Of a stretch of 64,000 nt of DNA, positions 9,673 through 21,087 are shown piece after piece. The notes beneath the pieces are model-generated. The model searched no databases. It was not told where the DNA came from and saw nothing but the letters and a program-made list of their open reading frames with translations. Origin of the DNA: Bdellovibrionales bacterium (GTDB taxonomy: Bacteria; Bdellovibrionota; Bdellovibrionia; Bdellovibrionales; CAYMLA01); NCBI GenBank assembly GCA_965217115.1, contig OZ244239.1:384001-448000 (forward strand). The letters run 5' to 3'. A program made the translations under genes and the position numbers. How positions within the stretch are numbered: position 1 is the stretch's first letter; each line of letters starts with the position of its first letter.

Positions 9673-10572
9673 ATGCCTCTACCTATAGCAGTGACCGCTA
9701 TTATTCCCACGCACAATCGTTCATGGATCTTGGAGAGATCTATCCTGTCTGTGTTCTCACAAGAGTATCCCCACCTAGAATTAATTGTCATTGATGATGG
9801 TTCAACAGACCAAACCGATGGAGTCATTGAAAATCTTCAAAGCAAATGTCCCTCTCACATCGACTTTCAATACTATAAACAGACAAATCAAGGTGTTAGT
9901 TCCGCCCGCAATTTTGCCGCTCGTAAAGCTCGAGGAGAACTCTTGGCTTTCCTTGATTCCGATGATGAGTGGTTACCAGATAAGACAGCCCGCCAAAGTC
10001 AGTTCCTCAAAGAGGCCCCCCACATTCCCCTTGTCCATGGAGAAGAGATATGGGTGCGAGACGGCAAGCGCGTGAACCCTAAAAAGAAACATCGAAAATC
10101 TGGGGGGAGGCTCTTTCAAGAATCTTTAAAACTCTGTCTGATCAGTCCCTCCTGCTCAATGATAAGAAGAGAAAGCTACTGGGAGCTGGGTGGGTTTAAC
10201 GAAAAATTCACAGTCTGCGAAGATTATGACTTTTGGTTGCGCTTAACTGTGCAACAGGAAGTGGGATTCATTCAAGACCCCCTCATTATCAAGTACGGTG
10301 GTCACCACGATCAACTCTCCCAGAGATACAAGGCCATGGATTACTGGAGAGTTTTATCCATGTGGAATCTTATCAACTCCCAAAGCATTGACAGCAGAGA
10401 GGATCACAGAGCTTGCCTCGACGAAATTCTCCACAAATCTCAAATTCTTATGAAGGGGTACAAGAGACATCAAAACTTGACCCATTTGCAGGAGATCGAA
10501 AATATTCACAGGCAAGCAACTGCACAGAGAGATGGCCCAAATCACCAGACAATGGAACCCCCCACAAAATAA
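9673..10572 (+). CDS. GT2 glycosyltransferase
   Basis: IIPTHNR, IDDGSTD, FLDSDD, EDYDFWLR. Confidence 0.9.
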   Translation: MPLPIAVTAIIPTHNRSWILERSILSVFSQEYPHLELIVIDDGSTDQTDGVIENLQSKCPSHIDFQYYKQTNQGVSSARNFAARKARGELLAFLDSDDEWLPDKTARQSQFLKEAPHIPLVHGEEIWVRDGKRVNPKKKHRKSGGRLFQESLKLCLISPSCSMIRRESYWELGGFNEKFTVCEDYDFWLRLTVQQEVGFIQDPLIIKYGGHHDQLSQRYKAMDYWRVLSMWNLINSQSIDSREDHRACLDEILHKSQILMKGYKRHQNLTHLQEIENIHRQATAQRDGPNHQTMEPPTK

Positions 10573-10638
10573 ATCATACTTCTTGATATTTACCGTATTT
10601 TTTGTAATCTCGTCAGAACGATCGAATAAGGATAATCT

Positions 10639-11805
10639 ATGGCAGCTTATACTTCTCTTAATTTTATGGACTCTGATGACCTCTTCACAGAAGAGGAGAT
10701 TATGGTTCGCGACACTGTTCGCGACTTTGTCAGCAAAGAAATTATTCCAACCCTACAGACAAGCAACCGAACCGAGCGATTTCCCACCCAACTCATCCCC
10801 CGCTTTGGTGAATTAGGGCTTATGGGTTCGACCATACAAGGTTACGGATGCCCTGGTATTAGCGCCGTTTCCTACGGACTCGTCATGCAAGAGTTAGAGC
10901 GGGGCGACTCAGGCATACGCTCTTTCTGCTCTGTGCAGGGGGGATTGGTGATGTTCCCCATTTACACCTACGGTTCAGAAGAACAAAAAGAAAAATATCT
11001 CCCTCGATTGGCAACAGCAGAGATCATTGGTTGTTTTGGTCTCACAGAACCCGATGCAGGCTCCAACCCTGGAGGAATGTTAACTCGAGCTGAAAAAGTC
11101 AAAGGTGGCTACAAGCTCAACGGCAACAAGATGTGGATCACCAACGGCTGCATCTCTGATATCGCCGTTGTCTGGGCAAAACTAGACGGAGAGGTCAGAG
11201 GTTTTATTATTGAAAAAGATTTCAAGGGGTTCTCCACCAGTAAAATGGAGGGCAAGTTTTCCCTCAGAGTGAGTGTCACTTCAGAACTTCACATGGAGGA
11301 TTGCTTCGTCCCTGAAGAAAATATCTTACCCAAAGGCATTGGCCTAAAAGCGCCCCTATCCTGTCTCTCACAGGCAAGATATGGAATCGCCTGGGGAGTT
11401 CTCGGCGCAGCCAATGCCTGTTACCACCAAGCCCTTAACTATTCCAAAGAGAGAACAATCTTTGATAAACCACTGGCCGCCTATCAATTGGCCCAAGCTA
11501 AACTGGTTAAGATGGTTCAAGAGATCACCAAGGGGCAACTCCTGGCTCTACAACTGGGCCGTCTTAAGGAAAAAGGCTCCCTGCAACACCATCAAATATC
11601 CTTAGCTAAAATGAACAACTGTAAAATCGCTCTAGAAGTCTCCAGAGAGGCCCGTGATATGCTCGGAGCCAATGGAATTATTGACGAGTATCCCGTCATT
11701 CGACACATGATAAACCTAGAGACAGTCAACACCTATGAAGGCACTGAGGATATCCATCGGCTCATCATTGGCCGAGAGATCACTGGCGAAAACGCCATTA
11801 TGTGA
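10639..11805 (+). CDS. gcdH: Acyl-CoA dehydrogenase (glutaryl-CoA dehydrogenase-like)
   Basis: CFGLTEPDAGS, KMWITNG, NTYEGTEDIH. Confidence 0.85.
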   Translation: MAAYTSLNFMDSDDLFTEEEIMVRDTVRDFVSKEIIPTLQTSNRTERFPTQLIPRFGELGLMGSTIQGYGCPGISAVSYGLVMQELERGDSGIRSFCSVQGGLVMFPIYTYGSEEQKEKYLPRLATAEIIGCFGLTEPDAGSNPGGMLTRAEKVKGGYKLNGNKMWITNGCISDIAVVWAKLDGEVRGFIIEKDFKGFSTSKMEGKFSLRVSVTSELHMEDCFVPEENILPKGIGLKAPLSCLSQARYGIAWGVLGAANACYHQALNYSKERTIFDKPLAAYQLAQAKLVKMVQEITKGQLLALQLGRLKEKGSLQHHQISLAKMNNCKIALEVSREARDMLGANGIIDEYPVIRHMINLETVNTYEGTEDIHRLIIGREITGENAIM

Positions 11806-11847
11806 ATTTTTTAAGCCGTCTGCCGTTGGCGTAGCTACTGACAAAAT

Positions 11848-13458
11848 CTAAAGCCGCTCTTTTTTACTTATAAATGAGATGGGAACTTCTTCAAGGGTTT
11901 TCAAAACATCCAAGTAAAAATCTAAGAAATCCTTATTATCCAAAGAGTAACGAAGCATTTTTCTCACCTGTGCCTGAGGGATCACACCTATACGATAACC
12001 ATCGTAGAGCTGCTCTCCCATCAACCCACCTAGAAGTTTAGCCACCTGCCAATAACTTATTTTAAGCTTTGGTTTAAATAACTTCTTTTTTCTCTTCTTC
12101 CCCTCCAACAAATAGAGGTCATCCATACGGCGATCTAGAGCTAGAGAAAAAACTTCCTTCTCTTCATCTGAACCAGAATCCATCAATAAAAAACTACGGA
12201 TGTCTTGCAAGGTTTCTGTCTTGCGACGATGGTTAATTAATTTACTACAAAAATAAGCTATCACCTCAAGCCAGACGAGCCGCCTAAAGTCCCGTGGTAG
12301 ATTCCAACACAACGAGCTCTGCTTAGACAATCTTGCATGGATGTAATAACCCGCCAGAGTCGCGCCATGATTTATCGTGTGTTGGGACAAATAGCCCACG
12401 CCTGTTTGTGGGATAAGGAATGTTCTGTTCATCTCTGCCAATTTACACGCCAGGAGAGCTTCTTTTTTTTCTAAAGATTTAACAAAAATCTCCATTATCT
12501 TCTCATCTTCAGCCCCATAAACTGACAGCGTATTTAAGTTTAAGCGTAAATTCAGATCATCCATTATCCAACGGCACAGACCTGTCACACGGTCTGTGTA
12601 ATCCGTCTCTTCTTTCATCTCACGGTCATAGGCGCTCTCAAGGTGTAAGAGGTAGCTCTGCCACTTAACCCACGGCGGTGACCCCAGAACACAGTACACA
12701 TCATCACGCAAACGAACCAAATCCACCTGATTCTCTAATCCTAATCGAGCCAATTGAAAATAAATTTTCTCGGAATTCTGATGAATCGTTATCGTTTGAC
12801 AACTCTTCTTAAGACGCTTTTCAACCTCTTTAGGCAAGTGGTCCTGTGCTAAATGAAAATCACCAAAAATGATGAATAACAAATTTCCATCATGGCTCTC
12901 TCTGAGTTTAGCGATACACAGAGCCGCATGGGAATCCCGCTGACTCAAGCTGCCTCCATCCTTGCTACGAAAACGCTTATTGAGGCCATAGACTTGAATT
13001 CCATTATTGCGGGCATAATTTAATATGGGCCGATAATGGCTCCAATTAAATCCCCATCTCTTCTCCCATTGAATTTTCTGCAGAAATTCAGTTTCTGAAA
13101 GCTCTCCTTTAAGAAACTCGTCTAACTCCTTTTGAAACGCACTCTCTAAGAACTCCACACCCAGAGTCAGCTTGCGCTTTTTACCCACAGATCTCAACAG
13201 ACGCAGGTGAAGCCTTTGGGATTGATTCAGGGCGTGAAAGTCACTGACATAGGCAATATCACAAGTTAAAAAGCGATTGACCAACTCAACCTTCGTCGAA
13301 GCTCGCCATTTACTTGTAAACTCTTTTTTATAGTGTTGTTGATAGTGCAGAACTTCTTCGGATAAATGCCCCAAGTGCAGTTTAACCCTCTTTTTTATAT
13401 CTCTAAGAAGCCTCTTACGCATTGCCAACCACTGTGCTTCTATTTTTAAAGAACTCAT
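11848..13458 (-). CDS. ChaN-like (EreA/ChaN fold) domain protein
   Basis: DFH, LGVEF, W..Y.PI, RD..AA, GDFH pattern in the N-terminal half. Confidence 0.65.
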   Translation of the reverse strand: MSSLKIEAQWLAMRKRLLRDIKKRVKLHLGHLSEEVLHYQQHYKKEFTSKWRASTKVELVNRFLTCDIAYVSDFHALNQSQRLHLRLLRSVGKKRKLTLGVEFLESAFQKELDEFLKGELSETEFLQKIQWEKRWGFNWSHYRPILNYARNNGIQVYGLNKRFRSKDGGSLSQRDSHAALCIAKLRESHDGNLLFIIFGDFHLAQDHLPKEVEKRLKKSCQTITIHQNSEKIYFQLARLGLENQVDLVRLRDDVYCVLGSPPWVKWQSYLLHLESAYDREMKEETDYTDRVTGLCRWIMDDLNLRLNLNTLSVYGAEDEKIMEIFVKSLEKKEALLACKLAEMNRTFLIPQTGVGYLSQHTINHGATLAGYYIHARLSKQSSLCWNLPRDFRRLVWLEVIAYFCSKLINHRRKTETLQDIRSFLLMDSGSDEEKEVFSLALDRRMDDLYLLEGKKRKKKLFKPKLKISYWQVAKLLGGLMGEQLYDGYRIGVIPQAQVRKMLRYSLDNKDFLDFYLDVLKTLEEVPISFISKKERL

Positions 13459-13608
13459 AACTACATCTTAAAGGAAGTTTTAAAAAGGAACAACTCTGTT
13501 GGTCCTGCTTGATTTTTAAGAATTTATTATATTTAATGTTATCATTTAAGAATTCTAATGAACTGCACTAATAACAACACTAATAACAAAACTGTGGAGC
13601 TTTTACCT

Positions 13609-14874
13609 ATGAGTGATCAACACCAGAATGACCAACACCAGAGTGACCAACATCAAAATGACCCGCACCAGAGTGAAAAAGCATCGACCAGTCTCTGGGT
13701 CTCCTGCCTCTCCGCTCTCTGCTCTGCCGGGGTTCATCTCTATCTCACCCTTCACTATTATCAGCTTAAAGCGGGGGCCTTCACTGGACAAAGTGCCTGC
13801 AATATCAATCAGACCTTCAATTGCGATGTCGTGAGCCTCAGTTCCTACGCTCAAATTTTCACCACTCCCATAGCCCTCCTTGGAATGGTCACGGCTCTGA
13901 TGACCATCGTCTTTATTCTTATTTATCAATGGAATATGACCTTCAGTCGCCAGCTACTTGCAAAAGCTATTTCAACACTCACTGCTCTGACTTTATTAGC
14001 TTCCCTCGTCATGGCTGTTATTTCATTTACAAAGCTAAACACCTACTGCCTCTTCTGTCTGATCACTTACGCTCTCTCCATTGTCACATTCATCGGGGTC
14101 TGGAGAGGACTTCAAGGAGTGCACCTTATTACAAGGGATGACCTAAAGAGTTTCATTGGAACCAGTCGTTGGATCACTGTGTGTCTTCTTCTTATTCCCG
14201 GTGCAGGATTACTGGGAAATCAAATGTTTCGCCACCATTACAAGCTAGACAAAATCGAGGAGTTTATCGCCGAAGCTGTTTTCATCTGGCAGGGGAATCC
14301 CGTAGAGAGCTTCTCTAGCAGGGGATTAAAAAGTCAGAAGAACCTTAAAAACCCCAAGATCACCGTTGTTGAATTCGCTGATTTTAAGTGTGGCCATTGC
14401 CAACAAGCCGTTCCCGTCTTTGCTAAGTTCAAGAAATCACACCCTGATGTTCAATTCATTTTTAAAAGCTACGCCCTTGATGGCACTTGCAATAGCGCTA
14501 TCACTGATCGCAACGGCGAGATTTACATAGGGGATGGAACTCGATGTCTACTAGCCCAACTCACCTATTGCGCCGACAAACAAGAAAAAGGCTGGCAGTT
14601 CCATGATTGGATTTTTAATAACTCTAATTCCCTCTATTCTAAAACTGAAATTGAAACTCAAGCCAGGTCTTTTGCTTCTACACAGGGAATCCATCCAGAT
14701 AAACTTATCTCCTGTATGAACTCCCAAGAGGCGTTTGAGGAAATTAAGAAGCAGACCTCAGAGGGTTCAGAGGCGGGGATATCTGGCACTCCGTCTACTT
14801 TCATAAATGGGCGCAAAGTTCCCGGAGGACAGAGTTCTATGACTCTAGAAGCTATTTACCGAATTTTAAAATAA
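13609..14874 (+). CDS. VKOR-DsbA (thioredoxin) fusion
   Basis: VKOR loop Cys pair and CLFC; CGHC and GTP in the thioredoxin domain; ATG 13609 with GGAG. Confidence 0.88.
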   Translation: MSDQHQNDQHQSDQHQNDPHQSEKASTSLWVSCLSALCSAGVHLYLTLHYYQLKAGAFTGQSACNINQTFNCDVVSLSSYAQIFTTPIALLGMVTALMTIVFILIYQWNMTFSRQLLAKAISTLTALTLLASLVMAVISFTKLNTYCLFCLITYALSIVTFIGVWRGLQGVHLITRDDLKSFIGTSRWITVCLLLIPGAGLLGNQMFRHHYKLDKIEEFIAEAVFIWQGNPVESFSSRGLKSQKNLKNPKITVVEFADFKCGHCQQAVPVFAKFKKSHPDVQFIFKSYALDGTCNSAITDRNGEIYIGDGTRCLLAQLTYCADKQEKGWQFHDWIFNNSNSLYSKTEIETQARSFASTQGIHPDKLISCMNSQEAFEEIKKQTSEGSEAGISGTPSTFINGRKVPGGQSSMTLEAIYRILK

Positions 14875-14996
14875 TCGGGGGAGATTCTGGCTAAAAGTCG
14901 AGTTTTCTGTGTAACAGCACTTATCTTTTTAGCTATTCCAGATTAAAGTGTTGTTTAAGGCGCTCTTAAATTTGAGGCCCTAGTAAGGAGGCTTTA

Positions 14997-16124
14997 ATGG
15001 GAAATGGACTTTCCTCAGAAACTCACACCAAAGAAAACTCCTCTTTAGAAGATGGGCCGTTAGACGCTTCATCAGAGAGTTCCTCTTTTTATTTTAAAGC
15101 ACCAGATCTCTCTGACATCCCTGATAGCATTCTTCACACAGCAACTGTTGAGGCTTTGATTTCTCAAAATGAAGATCTCATGGCACATATTAAGGTCCAT
15201 ATTCGTCGCGATATCCTTTTAGAACAAGAGATACTCACGTTGCAAAAGAGAATCCACCAGCACAACCAGTCACAACAGAATCAAGAAGACCGCTCTTTGA
15301 TCTGGAAAGAAAAAGACCGGGCGTGGAAAGAAAAACTACACAAACTCGAAGTCTCTTTAAAGAACCACCACACACAGAGCGAATTAACTGAAGTCCGTTA
15401 CGCCGAGCTTTACGAAGCCTTTCAACAAAAACAAAAACAACTCTCTGAAGAGAAGAAGACCCTGCGACAAGAGGTTGAAAAAAAGAAAGCCGAAGTAGAG
15501 ATTAAAAAAATTGAACTCTCTGAGCAGAACAAAAAGCTTCAGCGCAATATCACAAGCCTAACGGAGCATATCACCAATCAAAAGAAAAAATATGAACGCG
15601 ATCAAAATGAGCTTACATCCATCTATGAAAAAGAGAGGACTCAGCTCTCAGGCACGGTTAAACAACTCACCTCCGACACGAAATATCTCAGAGAACGGGT
15701 TGATCAATTAGAACCCCTCGTTGAGGAGAAGGTTCTCTTAAACAATCAGATTATTCTCGCAGAGAGAGGCAAGAGCGAAATCACAAAGCAATTAAATGTC
15801 GAAACAAAGAAACTCCAAGAGCAGGTGGCGTTTTATCGAAAAGAGGCAAAAATACAGGCCTTAGAGCTCAATGCCCTTCGAGAAAAGAACTCAGATTACG
15901 AAAAACGTTTCCACGAAATGAGGGATGACCAAGGTAAAAACCTCTCTCAGATCGAAAGCCTACAACTTCTTTGGAAAGAGAAACACGGTGAAATCGAAAA
16001 GCTCCAGGAAAAGAACAAGTCCCTCAATAATATTAATAGTCATCTGAGTAAAAATCTCTCTGATTTAAGAAAAGAGTCGGAATCGTCCTCGAAATCACCG
16101 TCGAAATCACCGTCGAAATCATAG
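14997..16124 (+). CDS. Long coiled-coil protein
   Basis: Heptad-rich E/K/Q/L sequence; AAGGAGG RBS. Confidence 0.75.
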   Translation: MGNGLSSETHTKENSSLEDGPLDASSESSSFYFKAPDLSDIPDSILHTATVEALISQNEDLMAHIKVHIRRDILLEQEILTLQKRIHQHNQSQQNQEDRSLIWKEKDRAWKEKLHKLEVSLKNHHTQSELTEVRYAELYEAFQQKQKQLSEEKKTLRQEVEKKKAEVEIKKIELSEQNKKLQRNITSLTEHITNQKKKYERDQNELTSIYEKERTQLSGTVKQLTSDTKYLRERVDQLEPLVEEKVLLNNQIILAERGKSEITKQLNVETKKLQEQVAFYRKEAKIQALELNALREKNSDYEKRFHEMRDDQGKNLSQIESLQLLWKEKHGEIEKLQEKNKSLNNINSHLSKNLSDLRKESESSSKSPSKSPSKS

Positions 16125-16160
16125 AGCTTCGAAATCATAGAGCTTCGGAATCATAGAGCT
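16080..16160. repeat. Short tandem repeats (12-bp gaaatcaccgtc, 16-bp gaaatcatagagcttc)
   Basis: Seen directly at the junction of two convergent genes. Confidence 0.85.
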
Positions 16161-16920
16161 AAAGAGTTTTCTTCTCCCATAATTTAGCAAATTTCAAAAA
16201 GAGAGAGTAAGCTGCGCCCACAGCAATAATAAATCCAGGAATCCCATCTAAAAAACCCCGTTTTAAGACATAAACTTCTAAAAATTTAAACGGTGGTTTA
16301 AAAAACAATTTAAACACAGAGGCCTTCTTCCCTCTATCCACTAAATCCTCCGCACCCAGAGATGAATATTCATTATTGGTTCTAACATTATGTGATAGGT
16401 CTTTGAAGACCCAGTGTTTTATATTATTTTCTAATCGGCCAATCTCATCTGCTTGGATATGTTCATGGACATGGCCCGCCGACCAACGAGCCCGTGTTTT
16501 ATCAAAAAGGCGGGTTTGGTAATCAGGATACCACCCTCCATGGTGAATCCACCGGCCTAAATGAAAGGAGATACGAGGAATTCTATAGGCATCTAACTCG
16601 GGAAGCCTATTTGCGAATAAACTCTCTATCTCTCCAGCAAGTTCTTCACTCAGAGCCTCATCAGCATCCAAGGATAAAACCCAAGGGTTTTTCCCTAATT
16701 CCGCCGCTCGGGTTTTTTGATCACGATACCCACGCCAGTGTTCCTCAAAAACCCTTGCTCCCAAGGATCGTGCGATCTCCACCGTTCGATCTTTACTGCC
16801 ACTGTCTACAACCACGATGTCATCTACAAAATCCACAGAACGCAAACAGCGCTCAATATTGTCTTCCTCATTCAAGGTAATTATCGCTAGAGTTAATGGA
16901 TACGTATTTTTCCCATCCAT
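16159..16920 (-). CDS. GT2 LPS glucosyltransferase (WaaE/KdtX-like)
   Basis: IITLNEE, VDSGSKD, LDADE, GGWYPD, VHE. Confidence 0.88.
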   Translation of the reverse strand: MDGKNTYPLTLAIITLNEEDNIERCLRSVDFVDDIVVVDSGSKDRTVEIARSLGARVFEEHWRGYRDQKTRAAELGKNPWVLSLDADEALSEELAGEIESLFANRLPELDAYRIPRISFHLGRWIHHGGWYPDYQTRLFDKTRARWSAGHVHEHIQADEIGRLENNIKHWVFKDLSHNVRTNNEYSSLGAEDLVDRGKKASVFKLFFKPPFKFLEVYVLKRGFLDGIPGFIIAVGAAYSLFLKFAKLWEKKTL

Positions 16921-16993
16921 GCTTTAAGTCTCCTTGATCATCATAAGATGCTAAGTTAACCTTAACTTAACCCAAAGAAAAGGAGTCATCAAC

Positions 16994-17611
16994 ATGATCA
17001 AAACACTCTTTGCATTATCTATTTTATTTCTCTTATCACCAGCCCATGGTTATCAATCTGTGTTAGACACAGGGGATATACTGCCGAAAGACAATTACCG
17101 TGCGACCTTGGAGCCTCAATTCGTGCTCTCTGGAGATAGTGGGGTTAATTTTATTGGGCGCTTAGACGCTGCAATAGATGACACTTCGGAGTTTGGCGCC
17201 CTTCTAGGAGCGGGAGCAACAGATTTCCACACGGGATTTTATTACAAAATGGTTCCTTTCCCTGATTACAGGAACCAACCTGCTCTCGCCTTAAAATTTG
17301 GTTTTGAATATGGAAAGCGGGATGAAGAAACTGAGTTCATCTTTCGAGTTGTGCCTATTGCCAGTAAAAAGTTTAAGACAGAGCTCGGTCATTTTAATGC
17401 CTATGTCTCTGCCCCCGTCGGGATAGGCCAAAAGGATCAAGCCACAGCCCTGTCTATGCAACTTGTGGGAGGATCAAAATTTAACGTTCCACAGTTTAAG
17501 AACATTGATTTTGCCGCAGAAGCGGGGTTCAGCGTCAACCAGAGTATCTCGTACATCAGCTTTGCCGCTATTTTTTATATTGATGATGTCAACGGACTCC
17601 TGCTTAATTAA
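16994..17611 (+). CDS. Hypothetical outer-membrane beta-barrel protein
   Basis: Signal peptide; alternating beta-strand pattern with aromatics. Confidence 0.6.
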   Translation: MIKTLFALSILFLLSPAHGYQSVLDTGDILPKDNYRATLEPQFVLSGDSGVNFIGRLDAAIDDTSEFGALLGAGATDFHTGFYYKMVPFPDYRNQPALALKFGFEYGKRDEETEFIFRVVPIASKKFKTELGHFNAYVSAPVGIGQKDQATALSMQLVGGSKFNVPQFKNIDFAAEAGFSVNQSISYISFAAIFYIDDVNGLLLN

Positions 17612-19511
17612 TATCCTGGAAATCAGCATCAATCACATCATCCTCTTTTTTCTCAGACGCTGCTGGAGCTGGCCCCTCTTCTGGCGTCCCACCCTCTTGG
17701 GCTGATTCGGCTGATTGTTTCTTATAGAGTTCTTCACTTAACTTGTGACTAATATTTGTCAGTCGTTCAGTGATCGATTTTAACTCTTCAATACCAGGCT
17801 TTTCTGTGACAGCTTTCTTCGCATTTTCAACCACTTCTTTGGCTGTTTTCACATCTTCGCTTGGCAGGTCCTTCTCGTTTTCAGAGAACATTTTCTCTGT
17901 TTGATAGATGAGATTATCCAAATTATTCAGTGCCGTGATCTGTTCTTTGCGCTGACTGTCTTCTTCGGCAAAGGCTTCGGCGTCTTTCACCATGCGATCA
18001 ATCTCATCATTTGATAATCCCGATTGATTCGTGATTTTGATCTCCTGCTTCTTATTGGTCGCTTTATCTAGAGCGGACACATTCAAGATACCATTGGCGT
18101 CAATATCAAAAGTCACTTCAACCTGGGGAGTTCCACGGGGAGCTGGCGCAATTCCCACCAACTCAAAACGACCGAGGGTTTTATTGTCCGTAGACATCTC
18201 TCTCTCACCTTGAAGAACATGGACATCCACCGCGGGTTGGTTGTCCGCAGCCGTTGAAAATATCTGGGACTTTTTCACAGGGATGGTTGTGTTACGATCA
18301 ATCAATTTCGTCATAACTCCACCCAGAGTTTCAATACCCAAAGACAATGGAGTCACGTCAAGAAGAAGAACATCTTTCACATCTCCTGAAAGAACTCCCC
18401 CTTGAACTGCCGCCCCAATAGCAACCACTTCATCGGGGTTCACACTTTTATTAGGCTCTTTATTAAAATACCCTTTCACCGCTTCAGCAACGGCGGGGAT
18501 TCTTGTCGAACCACCCACTAAAATAATTTCATCGATATCTGATATGTTTAAACCAGAGTCTTTCATCGCCTTCTTGCAGGGTTTTAGACTTCTCGCCACA
18601 AGCTCCTCAGTCATTTGCTCAAACTTAGACCGAGAGAGGCTTATGTTTAAATGTTTGGGACCCGAAGCATCGGCAGTGATAAATGGAAGATTGATCTCTG
18701 TGTCTTGCTTAGAGCTTAACTCAATCTTAGCCTTCTCTGCCGCTTCTTTTAAACGTTGGAGGGCCATATTGTCAGACAAGAGGTCGATCCCTTGATCTTT
18801 TTTAAATTCAGCAATCAAAAACCTTAAAATAGCTTCGTCAAAATTATCTCCACCAAGATGGGTGTCTCCACTGGTCGCCAAAACTTCAACAACATTGTCG
18901 CCGACTTCTAGGATGGAAATGTCAAAAGTTCCTCCACCTAAATCATAAATAGCGATTTTCTGGTCTTCCTTCTTATCCATACCGTAAGCCAGCGCCGCCG
19001 CTGTTGGTTCGTTAATAATTCGTTTAACTTCTAAGCCAGCAATGCGGCCAGCGTCTTTTGTCGCTTGTCTCTGGGCATCATTAAAGTAAGCAGGCACAGT
19101 GACAACCGCTTCTGTCACCTCTTGTCCTAGGTAATCTTCAGCTACTTTTTTCAACTTGGTCAAAACACTGGCAGAGATCTCTTCTGGCGAAACCTTCTTG
19201 CTATCAATTTCAAAGGCACAGTCATTGCCCTTTTTAAGAATAGTAAAAGGCATCAATTCAGTTTCATTGGCCATCTCTTCAAATTTTCGCCCAATGAATC
19301 GTTTGGCAGAGTAGATTGTCTTCTCAGGGTTCGTCACAGCCTGGCGCTTAGCCACCTGTCCCACCAGCTTTTCACCGTCTTTGGTGAAGGCCACGATGGA
19401 GGGAGTTGTTCTTGCCCCTTCCTCATTAACTAAAACTTGGGGGTCTCCGCCTTCCATCACAGACACACAAGAGTTCGTTGTTCCCAGATCGATTCCGATA
19501 ATTTTTCCCAT
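17604..19511 (-). CDS. dnaK: Chaperone DnaK
   Basis: [28 protein letters not shown] 19511 after AGGAG. Confidence 0.98.
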   Translation of the reverse strand: MGKIIGIDLGTTNSCVSVMEGGDPQVLVNEEGARTTPSIVAFTKDGEKLVGQVAKRQAVTNPEKTIYSAKRFIGRKFEEMANETELMPFTILKKGNDCAFEIDSKKVSPEEISASVLTKLKKVAEDYLGQEVTEAVVTVPAYFNDAQRQATKDAGRIAGLEVKRIINEPTAAALAYGMDKKEDQKIAIYDLGGGTFDISILEVGDNVVEVLATSGDTHLGGDNFDEAILRFLIAEFKKDQGIDLLSDNMALQRLKEAAEKAKIELSSKQDTEINLPFITADASGPKHLNISLSRSKFEQMTEELVARSLKPCKKAMKDSGLNISDIDEIILVGGSTRIPAVAEAVKGYFNKEPNKSVNPDEVVAIGAAVQGGVLSGDVKDVLLLDVTPLSLGIETLGGVMTKLIDRNTTIPVKKSQIFSTAADNQPAVDVHVLQGEREMSTDNKTLGRFELVGIAPAPRGTPQVEVTFDIDANGILNVSALDKATNKKQEIKITNQSGLSNDEIDRMVKDAEAFAEEDSQRKEQITALNNLDNLIYQTEKMFSENEKDLPSEDVKTAKEVVENAKKAVTEKPGIEELKSITERLTNISHKLSEELYKKQSAESAQEGGTPEEGPAPAASEKKEDDVIDADFQDIN

Positions 19512-19545
19512 CTCTTCCACTCCTTTTCAAATAGCTACACCTTTA

Positions 19546-19573
19546 ATATGTGGTCAGAATAACGTCCGTCAAG
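19546..19573 (-). promoter_or_regulatory. Sigma32-type heat-shock promoter of dnaK
   Basis: Minus strand CTTGAC-N14-CCACATAT versus consensus CTTGAA-N13-15-CCCCATNT. Confidence 0.7.
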
Positions 19574-19880
19574 CCACTGTCTGGATAAAAAAAATATTTG
19601 CTTTTCTTTAGTATTTACAGCTGATTACGGCGACTCCCCCATCTTGACCCAGCCGGGACCTGCCCCGCGATGGAAAAAAACCTGTCCCTGGCCCAGGCCA
19701 GGGGTGTTGTCAAAACGGGCGAATTGGCTCATAAATAATCACACCGAAAAGGCCTAGGGTAGAATATAATTACACCAAATGTCTCTATCTTTTTCTAAAT
19801 TTAATAAACTAGCTAGTTGTTAAATCTAGGCCTTTAGTGAAACTTTTTTAACTTATCTTTAAGGGCATGGTTTTATAAAT

Positions 19881-19913
19881 AAAAAAGATACTGCTCATTA
19901 AAACAGTATCTTT
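19881..19913 (-). terminator. Putative intrinsic terminator
   Basis: aaagatactg...cagtatcttt hairpin with a T-run on the minus strand. Confidence 0.5.
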
Positions 19914-20005
19914 ATCTTTCCCTAGCCTTGATGAGCTAGTTAGTTATTTAAATCTAGTGACAGAGGTGTAAAACTTTCTTTTTCAGAAAAAGATGGCAAT
20001 AATTA

Positions 20006-20461
20006 TTATATTTCATATTGCACAGTGCATCTAGCCTTAGAATAATCGAAATTACTACCATGTCGACTTATCTCAACCTGCAGCAGGTTATTTTCTTTCT
20101 TTTTTATTGTTAAAATTCTTCTAGCATAATAATAAACCCCACCTGCCTGTAACACTGACACGGTAAGTGTATCACCTACGATTGAACAAGATTCAGTCGT
20201 CTCCGTTGCAAGCTCATCTGTAAGCATAGGTACATAGTGTCGATCATCTAATTCAACGCGAGTATGAGGAACGTCGAAACGTACTTTTACTCTACAGCTT
20301 CTATGTTTATGAACGCTTTCAAAAACAGTGTCTTCAGTTTCACTAATACTGAAATTTGTAAATTGAAGGAATTTATTTGCACAATTTTTTGTAGAACTTG
20401 TGGCTAATGCCGACGTACTAAATGCGAAAAAAAACACTAGCCTTGGTAATAAATTTTTCAT
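20006..20461 (-). CDS. Hypothetical secreted protein (AT-rich gene)
   Basis: Signal peptide ending ALA; four Cys; GGAG RBS. Confidence 0.7.
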   Translation of the reverse strand: MKNLLPRLVFFFAFSTSALATSSTKNCANKFLQFTNFSISETEDTVFESVHKHRSCRVKVRFDVPHTRVELDDRHYVPMLTDELATETTESCSIVGDTLTVSVLQAGGVYYYARRILTIKKKENNLLQVEISRHGSNFDYSKARCTVQYEI

Positions 20462-20654
20462 TTTTCTCTCCAATCTGTATCGCTCATCTGAGCAATGGCT
20501 TTATCACAAGCTCTACCCATGATTTCTTTAATTAAATAGACTTCTACCCCTCCCCCGCAAATAGTCAATAAAATTATTTGACTTGGACTTTTTTACTTAT
20601 GAGTCAATACGCGGGTCTAAATTCAGGCCTTAATTATTTTTTGATACAAACTAG

Positions 20655-20698
20655 TACAGTCCAAATTACAGTCCAAATTACAGTCCAAATTACAGTCC
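20655..20698. repeat. 12-bp tandem repeat tacagtccaaat
   Basis: About 3.5 copies seen directly. Confidence 0.9.
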
Positions 20699-20836
20699 CA
20701 TTTCATAGGGTCACTTCAGCTAGTTTTGGCAAAAAAAAGAGGACTCCCATCCGTTGTTTTTCGATCCTAAAAGAGAATCGAAAATGAAATTAAAACTCAC
20801 TGGTTTTTGAACGAATTTAACACAAGAGCCAGCTAT

Positions 20837-20868
20837 TTCTTGACATTTCATGAATTATCAAGAATACT
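20837..20868 (+). promoter_or_regulatory. Sigma70 promoter with overlapping operator for the TA operon
   Basis: TTGACA-N17-AATACT with inverted repeat TTCTTGA...TCAAGAA; ATG 6 nt after the -10. Confidence 0.7.
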
Positions 20869-20874
20869 GTAAAA

Positions 20875-21087
20875 ATGAAAGCTAAAAAATTCGCAACCCA
20901 AATTGATACAGAGGTCTTTGAGAACTTAAAAACCTTCGTTAAGAAAACGGATCGAAGTATCTCAAAAGTAGTTAATGAAGCAATTAAAGACTATATAAAA
21001 CGTTCCCAGGTCAGACCGGCTTTTTCATCATCTATGGATGAGATTATCAATGACCACAGTGAACTTCTTAAACGTCTTGCTAAATGA
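20875..21087 (+). CDS. Ribbon-helix-helix antitoxin
   Basis: 70 aa, RHH pattern, C-terminal LLKRLA typical of Doc-associated antitoxins; overlaps the toxin. Confidence 0.75.
   Translation: MKAKKFATQIDTEVFENLKTFVKKTDRSISKVVNEAIKDYIKRSQVRPAFSSSMDEIINDHSELLKRLAK

Noticed and set aside
19512..19620. CIRCE element upstream of dnaK
   Set aside because: No TTAGCACTC-N9-GAGTGCTAA is present; a sigma32-like promoter is seen instead.
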